In this document: piece by piece, positions 30,935 through 41,003 of the stretch | Numbering within the stretch: position 1 is the first letter of the stretch | How the letters are laid out: the number at the start of each line of letters is the position of its first letter | Source of the DNA: Candidatus Poribacteria bacterium | Lineage (GTDB): Bacteria; Poribacteria; WGA-4E; WGA-3G | Assembly (NCBI GenBank): GCA_964291315.2 | Contig: OZ219753.1 | Location: 2,592,001-2,656,000, forward strand | Direction: 5' to 3' | DNA length: 64,000 nt | Notes under the pieces: model-generated | Databases searched by the model: none | Told to the model about the DNA's origin: nothing | The model's input: the letters and a program-made list of their open reading frames with translations, nothing else | Program-made: the position numbers and the translations under genes

Positions 30935-31825
30935 TCATATCTTGTATTTAGTGGCAAGGTTCCGCGAGAGATTCTTCCTTATCTCATCAATATCAAACCG
31001 TTCTCTCTGAATACGCTGGTTTAGGTATAAGAGCGTGACACCGATCACCCAAATTGGGAAGCTAATAACAGAAATCGCCAAGTGGATACCTGTCATAAGT
31101 ATATATAAGCCTAAATTATTATTGGCAAGTAAAACAGCAGAGAAGTCACCAATTATCGCCCATTTAATGATGTCTATCAGGTTTCCTTCACTAGCGACTC
31201 CGCTTGAGACGAGAATAATACCGACAGAAATTTCAAATACAGCATGGATTGCAACACTAATCAGGTAAACAGCGAGTAACATTCCACACACCTGCCACCA
31301 CCTGCCGCTAACGAGCTCGCTGCTCCGTCTCAAGGCATCGCGCACCGAGATGCTCTCAAGCAGCAGCGTTTCAACGAAGAAAGCCCAACGCACCGCAAAA
31401 TAGACTGCCAATGGAATACCAATTATTGTAATACTTAAAGCAGTGATCACCAATAACCACAGCATAGCACATGCCAGTAGCGGAAAAAACTGTTTCCCAA
31501 CGTGTTCTAAAGCAGAACGTGTCGTCATCGGTTCTTCTGAGTAGTGCAAGGCGGTCGCAACAACTATTCCGCCTATACTGACCAAAAAAAGAAGGAGATT
31601 GTTAATAATAGCTACTGCAAGGGCAATCGAATCTTGAGGCATGAAATCTAACAACACTCGGAGGATAAGGGCAGCAAAGATATTAATCGCAGCTATCTGT
31701 GCAAAGACTCGGAAGTATCGCCGATAGAGACTGAAGCTTCCGTCAAGAATATCTGTGAATCCCATCGATTGAAGTGTCCCTATTTCGCTATTTCCCGATT
31801 TTGATGTTTTAGCTGGTGGTAACAT
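30935..31825 (-). CDS. multi-pass membrane protein, paralog 1 (GDPD-membrane-domain-like)
   Basis: LQSMGFTDILDGSFSLYR; RRSSELVSGRWW; LLYLNQRIQRERFDI. Confidence 0.8.
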   Translation of the reverse strand: MLPPAKTSKSGNSEIGTLQSMGFTDILDGSFSLYRRYFRVFAQIAAINIFAALILRVLLDFMPQDSIALAVAIINNLLLFLVSIGGIVVATALHYSEEPMTTRSALEHVGKQFFPLLACAMLWLLVITALSITIIGIPLAVYFAVRWAFFVETLLLESISVRDALRRSSELVSGRWWQVCGMLLAVYLISVAIHAVFEISVGIILVSSGVASEGNLIDIIKWAIIGDFSAVLLANNNLGLYILMTGIHLAISVISFPIWVIGVTLLYLNQRIQRERFDIDEIRKNLSRNLATKYKI

Positions 31826-32025
31826 ATGTTCTCCATTTCACCGGAAATATTGGAACTTGCTAAATCATTATACAATATAGGTTAATCCGTGTCAACGCCC
31901 CGAAAAGTGGCGATGTCTATCTCAAAATCGCCGCAATCCGAGAATAGCAGCCGTTATGCGTTGCGTTGTGCAGATAGGTGTGCTATACTCTACCTATTAC
32001 AAGATTCAGCCGGCGGGAAATAAGG

Positions 32026-32937
32026 ATGCAGGACAATTGCAGTACATGGCAAGATAGATGTACCTATTGGATAGTGGCTGTCTTCGGATGGTGGTGCCGC
32101 TGTCTCCCGAAGAGATGGGCAATGCATCTAGGGAGCGGCGTAGGCATGCTGTATTATCATTTTGCCAAAAAACGACGTGAGATTGCACAAGGTAACTTAC
32201 AGGTGGCGTTTAACACATACTTCACGCCATCGCAGTGCAGGGAAATTTGCAAGGCCAGTTTTATCAACGTCGGAAAAACTTGTGTTGAGTTCCTGCGGTC
32301 CCCCAAACTCAACACTGAAAATATTTGGCGGGAGGTTACTGTGGAAGGCACGGTAAACCTCTATACGGCGCTGGCGAAAGGAAAAGGGGCCATTGTGTTT
32401 CTGTCGCATTTTGGAAACTGGGAACTCCTTTCACTAGTATACGGCGCGCTAATCCCGGAGCGCGCCAAAGCGATCGCTTTCCCGTTGAAAAACAAGCTGA
32501 TCAATGCCTACGTTTGGAGGCGTCGCGAACAGATGAGTTTGAAACTGATTCCTCGAAATCAAGCTATTCGAGAGACCCTCCGCGCCCTGAAAAATAACCA
32601 AGCAGTCGGGGTCTTTGCCGATCAGAATGCGGGACCAGAAGGTGTATTTGTCGATTTTTTGGGGACACCCGCATCAGCAGCTCGAGCACCGGTTGTGTTA
32701 GCACGCAAAACGGGCGCACCGCTCCTTTTTTCATTGAGCATACGTCAACCAGATGACCGACACCACGTCTATATTTCAAGACCGATTTATGTCAAAACCT
32801 CTGGCGATTCTGAACAAGATGTTGCGGTCTACACAGCGCAGATGCTCAAGCAATTGGAAACATATATCCATAAGTATCCAGAACAGTGGCTGTGGCTTCA
32901 CAATCGATGGAAAACGCGACCGCAGGATAGCGGCTAG
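32026..32937 (+). CDS. lipid A late acyltransferase (LpxL/HtrB family)
   Basis: HFGNWE, ADQ, PEQWLWLHNRWK. Confidence 0.9.
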   Translation: MQDNCSTWQDRCTYWIVAVFGWWCRCLPKRWAMHLGSGVGMLYYHFAKKRREIAQGNLQVAFNTYFTPSQCREICKASFINVGKTCVEFLRSPKLNTENIWREVTVEGTVNLYTALAKGKGAIVFLSHFGNWELLSLVYGALIPERAKAIAFPLKNKLINAYVWRRREQMSLKLIPRNQAIRETLRALKNNQAVGVFADQNAGPEGVFVDFLGTPASAARAPVVLARKTGAPLLFSLSIRQPDDRHHVYISRPIYVKTSGDSEQDVAVYTAQMLKQLETYIHKYPEQWLWLHNRWKTRPQDSG

Positions 32938-33119
32938 AGGGCAAGAGTTGGGATTAAGAACCGTCCTATGCTAAGCGGTCGGAATTTGGAACCTCTCGTA
33001 CTAATAAACAACCTATAAAAAATATATTTGCATTGATATTGAACACATGTTAAAATAATCAGAAACTTCGAAAACTCTGACACGTACACATCAGACTTTG
33101 AACCCCAGAGGAAATACTC

Positions 33120-34670
33120 ATGAAAAGATACACTTTGTCCTTTATCGTTTTAGTCATAGCTATCGGTATCCCGTTCCTGATCATTAATCCGAGTGAAAGA
33201 AGCGCGATAAGCGGGAATGAACGTGTTACCCCGGAGATGCTAAACGAAACCATCAGAGACGTTATACGGACTGCTGAAAGAAACTACTATAAACCGATCG
33301 AGGATAGCAATGAGATGTTCCGCGGTTCCATTAAAGGCGCACTTGCGTCTCTCGAAGATCCCTACACATATTACGTTTCGCGTCGGGAGCAGCAGCGTGC
33401 TATCGAAAATCTGTACAATGCCACATTTGGAGGACTTGGCATCCATCTCTACTACGATCACCGAGGGTTTATCAAGATTTCCAAACCGATCCCCAGCACT
33501 CCTGCTGCGCTTGCTAACCTCCAAGCCGGGGATTATATTACCAAAGTCAACGGTCAGCGGATCCACCTGAGTGAAAAAACGGGCATGACAATTGCTGATG
33601 TGGTTGATTTGCTCAGAGGCGAACTAGAAACTGATGTGACGATCACCATACAACGCAAATTTCTTGAACCCTTCGATGTGACACTGACGCGTGGCAAAAT
33701 TCCAATCAGCAGTGTCAAGTCAACAATGCTCGATGGAGACATCGGCTATATCCAAATCACTGGATTCATCGGGAGCAGGCGCGAAGATGGGACAGAAGGT
33801 GAATTTACTGAAGCCCTCGAATTGCATAAAGAGGCAGGTATGAAAGCACTTATTTTGGATTTACGGAACAACCAAGGCGGTTTGCTAAATGCTGCATACC
33901 ATATCGCAGACGCTTTTATTGATGAAGGTGTCATCGTTTCTACAAAAGGAAATAGAAAAGAATTTAATGAGGAATACCGTGCAACGTCCGAGCTTTTGTG
34001 TCCACGGGACATACCGCTCATTATTCTTGTTAATCAATATAGCGCGAGCGCCTCTGAAATTGTGGCGGGTGCGATTAAGGATACACGGCGTGGCATTCTT
34101 GTCGGACAGAAAACTTACGGTAAAGGTGTGGTTCAGAAACGTTACCCACTGCCAGATGGTGGTTCAATGTCTCTTACTGTCTCTACCTATTACACCCCAA
34201 ACGGCACCTCAATTAACAACGTAGGCATCACACCGCAAGTTCCTGTTAAACCTGAGGAACTCGACGAGGTAGAACAGCTAATGCTCAGAAAGGTGGATTC
34301 AAGCGATACCCTCGGAAACTTTGTCGCTAAATGGATTGATGACCAGTACAAAAGTCCGGGGGAAATGCCCAAAGATTTCTCGATGCTCGAAGTTGAGCTG
34401 CCAAAATTACAGAAGACGCTTGAAAAAGAACGAATCTTCGTCAGTCTGCGATGGTTGAAACAACGTGCAGAGAAGGTTTTTAACCTTCATGTCGGGATTG
34501 AACAAGTCGTTAATCTAGCATATGATTGGCAGTTACAAGAGGCAATCCACATTATTAAAGCTGGCGAAGTTGGAAAATACCTTGAGCCGATACTAGAGGA
34601 AAAGTCGGAACTACCCTCAACAACACAAACCACTCCACTTGTAGAACAAGAACCGATAGCTGAGGAATAA
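33120..34670 (+). CDS. S41 carboxyl-terminal processing protease with PDZ
   Basis: DPYT, FGGLG, LDLRNNQGG, SASASEI, GKGVVQ, YYTPNG. Confidence 0.93.
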   Translation: MKRYTLSFIVLVIAIGIPFLIINPSERSAISGNERVTPEMLNETIRDVIRTAERNYYKPIEDSNEMFRGSIKGALASLEDPYTYYVSRREQQRAIENLYNATFGGLGIHLYYDHRGFIKISKPIPSTPAALANLQAGDYITKVNGQRIHLSEKTGMTIADVVDLLRGELETDVTITIQRKFLEPFDVTLTRGKIPISSVKSTMLDGDIGYIQITGFIGSRREDGTEGEFTEALELHKEAGMKALILDLRNNQGGLLNAAYHIADAFIDEGVIVSTKGNRKEFNEEYRATSELLCPRDIPLIILVNQYSASASEIVAGAIKDTRRGILVGQKTYGKGVVQKRYPLPDGGSMSLTVSTYYTPNGTSINNVGITPQVPVKPEELDEVEQLMLRKVDSSDTLGNFVAKWIDDQYKSPGEMPKDFSMLEVELPKLQKTLEKERIFVSLRWLKQRAEKVFNLHVGIEQVVNLAYDWQLQEAIHIIKAGEVGKYLEPILEEKSELPSTTQTTPLVEQEPIAEE

Positions 34671-34691
34671 CCAATCTCAACATGAGTTCAG

Positions 34692-36623
34692 ATGGATGCC
34701 AAAACTGCAAACCGCCCCGATGTCATTACCACAAAAGCCATCATTATCGGCCTCATTCTAGTCGTTGTTAACGCCTATTGGGTTGGCATAGCCAGCGAGC
34801 TATGGTATGCGGTTTATACACTCGTCTCACCGTTTTCTAACGCAGTCTTCACGCTAGTCGTGCTTCTTGCCCTCAACGTCCTGTTTCGCAAGTTCTCACC
34901 ACGTCTCGCTCTTACCGCTGCAGAATTACTGCTCATCTACGTTATGGTAACGATGGTGTCCACGATCTCTGGACACGCGATGATGGCGATTCTGATGGGG
35001 ACGCTTGCCCACCCGTTTTGGTTCGCAACCCCTGAAAATGAATGGGCACAACTATTCCTGCATCACATTCCGCCATGGCTGACCGTTTACGAATTCGAGG
35101 GGTTAGCAGGCTATTACGAAGGTGAATCCAGTATCTATTGGGCAGAACATCTCCGTATCTGGGTGCGACCGGCGCTTATCTGGTCCGGTTTTATCTTTTT
35201 ACTCTATGGATCCCTCCTCTGCTTAGGACTACTCCTCCGCAAGCAGTGGATGGAGCGCGAAAAACTGAGCTTCCCACTAACGCAGCTGCCGCTGCAAATG
35301 ACGACGAACCGCAACTTCTTTCGCTCGCGCGCGCTCTGGTTGGGATTTGGTCTTGCCGCACTGCTTCGGGTAATAGCCGGACTGCACGATATTTTCCCTG
35401 CAATTCCAGCGATGCCACCGAATTACCGGCTCGACCAACACTTCACGGAACGCCCTTGGAATGCGATCGGCTACGTCTCGATGTCATTTAACCTTGCGAT
35501 TGTCGGGTTGACCTATTTTATGCCGTTAGACTTGGCATTTTCAACGTGGTTTTTCTTCTGGCTCACCCGAGCAGAGCGGGTGATCGCGAGCATGGTTGGT
35601 GTTACAAATATCAGTGTCCTGCATCTCAACGATCGCGCCTCTGGCGCTTGGGTAGGGATCGCGGTGCTGACGATCTGGATGAGCCGGCGGCATTTTGCTC
35701 GTTTCTTCCGACACACTCTCGGGCGCGAACGTGGCGACGATAGTACCGAACCTTTCTCTTACCGAACCGTAGCGATCTTGACAGTAGTGAGTGTAGGACT
35801 TGTCTTTGCCTTTTGTTATATTGCAGGCATGTCATTGTGGGCGATCGCTGTGTTTTACGCGCTATTTGTTGCGTTCGCTGTAGCGATAGGGCGTGTGCGC
35901 GCCGAACTCGGGCCCCCTTACCACGAAGTTATCGGTATCAATCCGCGGCAAATGATGGTAAGCATATTTGGAACACGGCACTTGGGGTCAGCGAACCTAA
36001 CTATAATGACGTTTCTCTATGCATTCAATCGATGCAATCGTTCCCATCCGATGCCGAATCAGATTGAGTCGCTCCGTATTGGGGATAGAGCCGGTATGCC
36101 GGGGAAAACCTTACTTCTGGGAATGGCACTTGCTATTGGAGTTGGAGCGTTAGCAACTTTCTGGACGTACCTACAAGTGGCGTATCGCTACGGCGTGTTG
36201 GCGCGGTGTCAAGGTTTCGTCGGGCGTTTTGGATGGGAGAGTTTTAATCCGCTTCAGAGCTGGCTGCAGCATCCACTAGAACCCGACATCAGCGCTATCA
36301 CATTCATGTGTGGGGGCTTTACGTTTGTATTCCTTCTTCAGTTTTTAAGGACACGCTTGTTGTGGTGGACGCTCCATCCATCAGGTTATGTCCTTTCAGG
36401 AGCGTCATGGGGCGGACTCATCTACTTCTGGTTCCCAGTCATGGTGAGCTGGTTCCTTAAGTTCTTGATTCTCCGCTTCTGGGGGTGGCAGATGTATCGG
36501 AAAGCAATTCCGTTTTTCCTCGGTTTGGTCTTAGGAGACTACATTCCGAGAAGCATTCTGAGTCTCACCAGTTTTGCGTTAAACCTTTGGATGCCTTCTT
36601 CCGGAGCAGGACATACACTTTAG
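34692..36623 (+). CDS. DUF6785/DUF6784-like large membrane protein (putative transporter)
   Basis: ELL.IY.M, RKQW..REKLSFPL.QLP, RVRAELGPP, WW.LHP.GY, PFFLGLVLGD. Confidence 0.72.
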   Translation: MDAKTANRPDVITTKAIIIGLILVVVNAYWVGIASELWYAVYTLVSPFSNAVFTLVVLLALNVLFRKFSPRLALTAAELLLIYVMVTMVSTISGHAMMAILMGTLAHPFWFATPENEWAQLFLHHIPPWLTVYEFEGLAGYYEGESSIYWAEHLRIWVRPALIWSGFIFLLYGSLLCLGLLLRKQWMEREKLSFPLTQLPLQMTTNRNFFRSRALWLGFGLAALLRVIAGLHDIFPAIPAMPPNYRLDQHFTERPWNAIGYVSMSFNLAIVGLTYFMPLDLAFSTWFFFWLTRAERVIASMVGVTNISVLHLNDRASGAWVGIAVLTIWMSRRHFARFFRHTLGRERGDDSTEPFSYRTVAILTVVSVGLVFAFCYIAGMSLWAIAVFYALFVAFAVAIGRVRAELGPPYHEVIGINPRQMMVSIFGTRHLGSANLTIMTFLYAFNRCNRSHPMPNQIESLRIGDRAGMPGKTLLLGMALAIGVGALATFWTYLQVAYRYGVLARCQGFVGRFGWESFNPLQSWLQHPLEPDISAITFMCGGFTFVFLLQFLRTRLLWWTLHPSGYVLSGASWGGLIYFWFPVMVSWFLKFLILRFWGWQMYRKAIPFFLGLVLGDYIPRSILSLTSFALNLWMPSSGAGHTL

Positions 36624-36775
36624 TATGAGGTCTTAATCCCCTGCAGTTAGCAGTCGGTAGAGGCACAATAAATTGCCTGCGTTGAAGCTACGGAACTGAT
36701 CAACTATCGGAGCATCGCTGTTATTTTTCGTTGGTCAGGTTCACCTCGCGCTTTTCAGTGAATGGAGATTAGAGT

Positions 36776-37809
36776 TTGACACCACTGCTTAAAGTTGAAT
36801 CCATTACAAAGTGCTTTGCTGCTACCCCTGTCGTTAAAGATTTGGGTTTCGCAGTTTATCCAGGGGAAATCTTCGCGCTGCTAGGACCAAGTGGTTGTGG
36901 AAAAACGACCACACTCCGCATAATAGCAGGCTTTGAAAGGGCGGACACTGGGACTATCTCTATGGGAAAACGTCCCCTCGTAAACAGCACGCTTCACGTC
37001 CCACCTGAATCGCGCGGCATCGGTTTTGTGTTCCAAGACTATGCCCTTTTCCCACACATGAACGTTCTCGACAACGTAGCCTTCGGCCTCCGAAATGTGC
37101 CCAAAAAAAAGAGGCGTGAACGGGTCTTTGAGATACTGGATATGGTCGGTTTGAGGAATCTACATGCACGGTTACCGCACCGCCTCTCGGGCGGCGAGCA
37201 ACAGCGGGTTGCGCTTGCACGCTCCATCATCGCCCGTCCGAAGCTCTTGCTTTTAGACGAACCTTTTTCGAGCCTCGATCCGGGACTGCGCCAAGCAACT
37301 AGAGATGAAGTCAAGGCACTCTTGAAAGCTGAGGGTATTAGCGCGGTGTTCGTTACCCACACGCAAGAAGAGGCGTTGAGTTTTGCCGAGCGCTTAGGGG
37401 TAATGAAGAACGGCACGGTTGAACAGATTGGCACGCCTGAAACTGTATATCAGCACCCGAAAACAGCTTACGTTGCTGATTTCCTCGGACAGACGAACTT
37501 CATCAACGCTTATGTGAAAAATGGGATCGCTGAAACGCCATTTGGACAGTAGAAGTGGAGGGAACCGCTACTGGGAAGATGCTGTTATCTATCCGCCCTG
37601 AACACTTAAAAATGATAACTCCTAATGCCGAAAATAGCGGCTCAAAAGAGGGACGTGTTGTTGGACAGGCGTTTAAGGGACACTATTTTACGTATCAGGT
37701 TGAAGTAGAAGGACAATCCTACTTCGTTCAGACAGACTCCCGTTGCTCATTCCAGGTTGATGATACTGTGCAGCTGAGAACGATTTCCGCGGTAGCGGTT
37801 GACAGGTAG
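36776..37809 (+). pseudogene. FbpC/PotA-type ABC ATPase with TOBE domain, frameshifted near 37548
   Basis: GPSGCGKT, LSGGEQQR, LDEP, VTH; the C-terminal SIRPE/TOBE part continues in another frame (37555..37809). Confidence 0.8.
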
Positions 37810-37885
37810 CTATCAGCGGTTACAAATCGCACCGATCCAATCCAAGTTAGAGACGAGCGTTAGAAGTTGGATTTAGTGCTTATGT

Positions 37886-40006
37886 CTACAGCATACTCCG
37901 AATTTCGTTAATCCCCTGGATCATACGCCTCAATGCGTCAGCCAGTTTGTCGAGCTCCGCTTGCACTGCTAAATCATCTCCATGCTCTAAGGCATCTATA
38001 ACACCTGGAAAAACGACCGCGGCGTAGCCCGTATTTAGCCCAGGAGCGTAGATGAGGTGCTTAAACCACGGACGCAAGGGCAATCCTGCCTCAGTTGTCA
38101 AGCTTCGTTCCAACTGATACAACCGCTGATTTATCTCCATCACTGTAGAGAGATCCCCGGCAGCAAGGTAGCCGTAGAGCTCTTGATTTAGCAACCCGGC
38201 TGCTTGCTGCCATTCCGTCAGAAGTCTATCTAACGCTGCGACATCTTTAGCGATCTTGTTTTTTGAACCAGAGTTTTGCAAGAATTTTAAGGGAGTCATC
38301 AGGGCCGTTGCATAAGTTTCATAGTCAAACGGCAAGACATCGGCGTTAGCAAGCTGCAGCGCAAGTGTTCCCCAAATCTTTGCCATTGCTGCTTGGTACT
38401 GAAACGTTGGGTCTCCGAAGTTTTCCATCCAGTAAAAGTTGTCTTGCATAGCGTGATAGACACCGTAGGGGCCACCGAATCCCATACTGACCGAGGAGAT
38501 ACCGGCATGTCCAATAAAAGGCGAGTGATCCGAACCGCTTCCGAGGTTCCCCACTTGTGGGATCTCCGTGCCTTGTCTCATTCTCCAACTTTCGTAAACG
38601 GGTTTCAGCGTCCGGGGGTCAATGACTTTTTGTGTTACCTCGCGAATTAATTCCTGCAGCGATGGTATCGCGCTTACATAGAACTCCTTACCAGTTGCTG
38701 CGATGTCCACGTTCAAGTACACAACGGCTTTCTGCTGGAGCGTCGATTTCAACTCCTCAACCCATTCACTTGAGCCCAAGACACCGAATTCCTCAGCGTC
38801 CCATGCGGCGAAAACGATACTCCGCTTTGGACGCATGCCGGCTTTGGCGAGTTTTCCTAAGGATTGTGCGACTTCTAATAGTGCAGCCGTGCCGCTTCCT
38901 GGATCCGCGGCACCATAAATCCAAGCATCGTGATGGTTGCCTAATATAACCCACTGGTCTGGATATTCTGTGCCTTCTAAGGTAGCGATGACGTTGTAAA
39001 TTGGACGGATGCTGTGATCACAACGGACTTTGAGGCGCACTTCTGCTGGTCCCGGGCCGATGTGATACGCAAAGGGTAAACCGCCTTGCCATTCCGCGGG
39101 GACGTTGGGGCCCGCGAGCGCCTTCAGAAGTGGTTCTGCGTCTCTATAGGCGAGTGGGACGACAGGGATCTTGGGCAGATCTGTGGCATCCGCAATCGTG
39201 ATTCTCTCGGCGTCTGCTGTCGCTGCCCATCCCGGTGTGAGCGGATCACTGGCGTGCTGGAAGATGTATTTGACCGTTCCACGTTGTATCGCATCAGCGG
39301 AACGCCATGGCCCCTGGGGATAAACATCTCCACGCATATAGCCGTCATCGGCGGGATCAGAGTAAAGAATCAAGCCAACAGCACCGTTATCGCCAGCGAC
39401 TTTGGCTTTCACACCGCGATAGCTGCCTCCATACCGCGCAATACAGATTTTCCTGTTTACTGAGATACCTCGGGCACTGAGAATTTGATAATCCTCAGGT
39501 AACCCTCTGTTGACATAGACGAGCTCAGCGGTTACATCGCCATCGGGTGAATAAGCGTTATATCCGGCAACGATGTCGGTTTCATAAGAGTCTTTATCCC
39601 ACTCCCAACTTGCCTCTTTGCCAAAAGCGACATACTCGTTAGGCGAAACCAGCTCGACATGCACCTCAAGTGGATACGGAAGGTAGACTTTATATTCATA
39701 CATCTCCACCTTCAAACCGTAGCTCTCAAACGTGTCACGAAGATACCTTGCCACCTTCTGGCTATTCTCAGTTCCTGCAAGGTGCGGTTCTTCACTGAGA
39801 TGCCGTAATTTATACCGGCATCCCTCAGCTGAAATCTGTTCTCGGAAAGCGTTCTCATATTGTTCTTGTGTAATCGCGTTTTCCGCTGTGAAACCGCGCA
39901 CCCCGGAAACGTCATTGGGAAAAAATGTAAATACAACAAGGTAACCAGAAACACAGACAATGAGTCTCCACGTCTGCTTTCGAAAATAAAAAATATCTAT
40001 TAGCAT
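37886..40006 (-). CDS. M28 glutamate carboxypeptidase II-like peptidase (PA and TFR-dimer domains)
   Basis: PHLAG, GNHHDAW, DPGSG, WDAEEFG..GSSEW, GSGSDH, YH, WFKHLIYAP. Confidence 0.92.
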   Translation of the reverse strand: MLIDIFYFRKQTWRLIVCVSGYLVVFTFFPNDVSGVRGFTAENAITQEQYENAFREQISAEGCRYKLRHLSEEPHLAGTENSQKVARYLRDTFESYGLKVEMYEYKVYLPYPLEVHVELVSPNEYVAFGKEASWEWDKDSYETDIVAGYNAYSPDGDVTAELVYVNRGLPEDYQILSARGISVNRKICIARYGGSYRGVKAKVAGDNGAVGLILYSDPADDGYMRGDVYPQGPWRSADAIQRGTVKYIFQHASDPLTPGWAATADAERITIADATDLPKIPVVPLAYRDAEPLLKALAGPNVPAEWQGGLPFAYHIGPGPAEVRLKVRCDHSIRPIYNVIATLEGTEYPDQWVILGNHHDAWIYGAADPGSGTAALLEVAQSLGKLAKAGMRPKRSIVFAAWDAEEFGVLGSSEWVEELKSTLQQKAVVYLNVDIAATGKEFYVSAIPSLQELIREVTQKVIDPRTLKPVYESWRMRQGTEIPQVGNLGSGSDHSPFIGHAGISSVSMGFGGPYGVYHAMQDNFYWMENFGDPTFQYQAAMAKIWGTLALQLANADVLPFDYETYATALMTPLKFLQNSGSKNKIAKDVAALDRLLTEWQQAAGLLNQELYGYLAAGDLSTVMEINQRLYQLERSLTTEAGLPLRPWFKHLIYAPGLNTGYAAVVFPGVIDALEHGDDLAVQAELDKLADALRRMIQGINEIRSML

Positions 40007-40150
40007 TGTAATTAGTTATTACCCTCTTCTCTGTTTGTGTAGATCATAACATATTTCGCGGATACCTTCATTATATTTTACGAGGGTAGTTAGCAAGTCA
40101 ACATCCATTTTGGGTTAATGTTGAATCGCCAACTACGCAAAATCAAAGTT

Positions 40151-40224
40151 TGTGTAAAGAATCAATGGAATCTGTGCAAAGAATTAATCGGACAATTGAT
40201 TTTATCGCCACTATATGTTAAAAT
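40151..40224 (+). promoter_or_regulatory. phoB promoter with upstream direct repeat
   Basis: TTGATT-17-TAAAAT (40196-40224); TGTG(T/C)AAAGAAT repeated at 40151 and 40173. Confidence 0.5.
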
Positions 40225-40263
40225 ATAGTTAAGAGCTAAGGATTGACTACATAGGAGATTTAA

Positions 40264-40956
40264 ATGACTGCTAGGATTTTAATTGTAGAAGATGAAACGG
40301 ATATCGTAGACCTGCTGCAGTATAATTTACAAGAGGCTGGATTTGAAACGGACTACGTTCGGAACGGGGCGGATGCCCTGCATCGTGCTGTTGAAAAATC
40401 ACCAGACCTCATCTTGTTAGATCTAATGCTTCCAGAGGTAGATGGCCTTATTGTTTGTCGTCTATTGAAAAACGACCCAAGGACTAAAAACATCCCGATT
40501 GTTATGGTAACCGCTAAAGCTGAAGAGCGGGACCGTATCGCAGGTCTAGAACTAGGTGTGGACGACTACATCACTAAGCCGTTCAGTCCAAAAGAGGTAG
40601 TCCTACGGGTTTCAGCCGTGTTGCGCCGCATCCACACCGGCGAGCAGACAAAGGAGACCAAGCAGATCCAAAGGCACGGATTAACCATTGATCTTGATAA
40701 ACATCAAGTCCTGACCGAAACAGGGCCGATTGACCTCACTGCTACCGAGTTTAAACTTATCACACTTTTTGCACGTTCACCCGGACGTGTCTTTACCCGA
40801 GATATTCTAATGGATGTGATATGGGGCGAGGAATATTACGGCATCGATAGGACCGTAGACACACACGTCAGCAGGCTTCGCCGCAAGCTCGGTCAATTCG
40901 GGAATCATGTAGAGACGGTGCACGGCGTTGGATATCGGTTTAAAGAGGGGATCTGA
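40264..40956 (+). CDS. phoB: OmpR/PhoB family response regulator, probably PhoB
   Basis: VEDE, LDLMLP, KPF, LTATEF, RTVDTHVSRLR, TVHGVGY; linked to pst/phoU. Confidence 0.8.
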   Translation: MTARILIVEDETDIVDLLQYNLQEAGFETDYVRNGADALHRAVEKSPDLILLDLMLPEVDGLIVCRLLKNDPRTKNIPIVMVTAKAEERDRIAGLELGVDDYITKPFSPKEVVLRVSAVLRRIHTGEQTKETKQIQRHGLTIDLDKHQVLTETGPIDLTATEFKLITLFARSPGRVFTRDILMDVIWGEEYYGIDRTVDTHVSRLRRKLGQFGNHVETVHGVGYRFKEGI

Positions 40957-41003
40957 CCTCAATCTCTGATCTTATTGTTCATGTTCATCATAGAGGTACT
41001 ATC

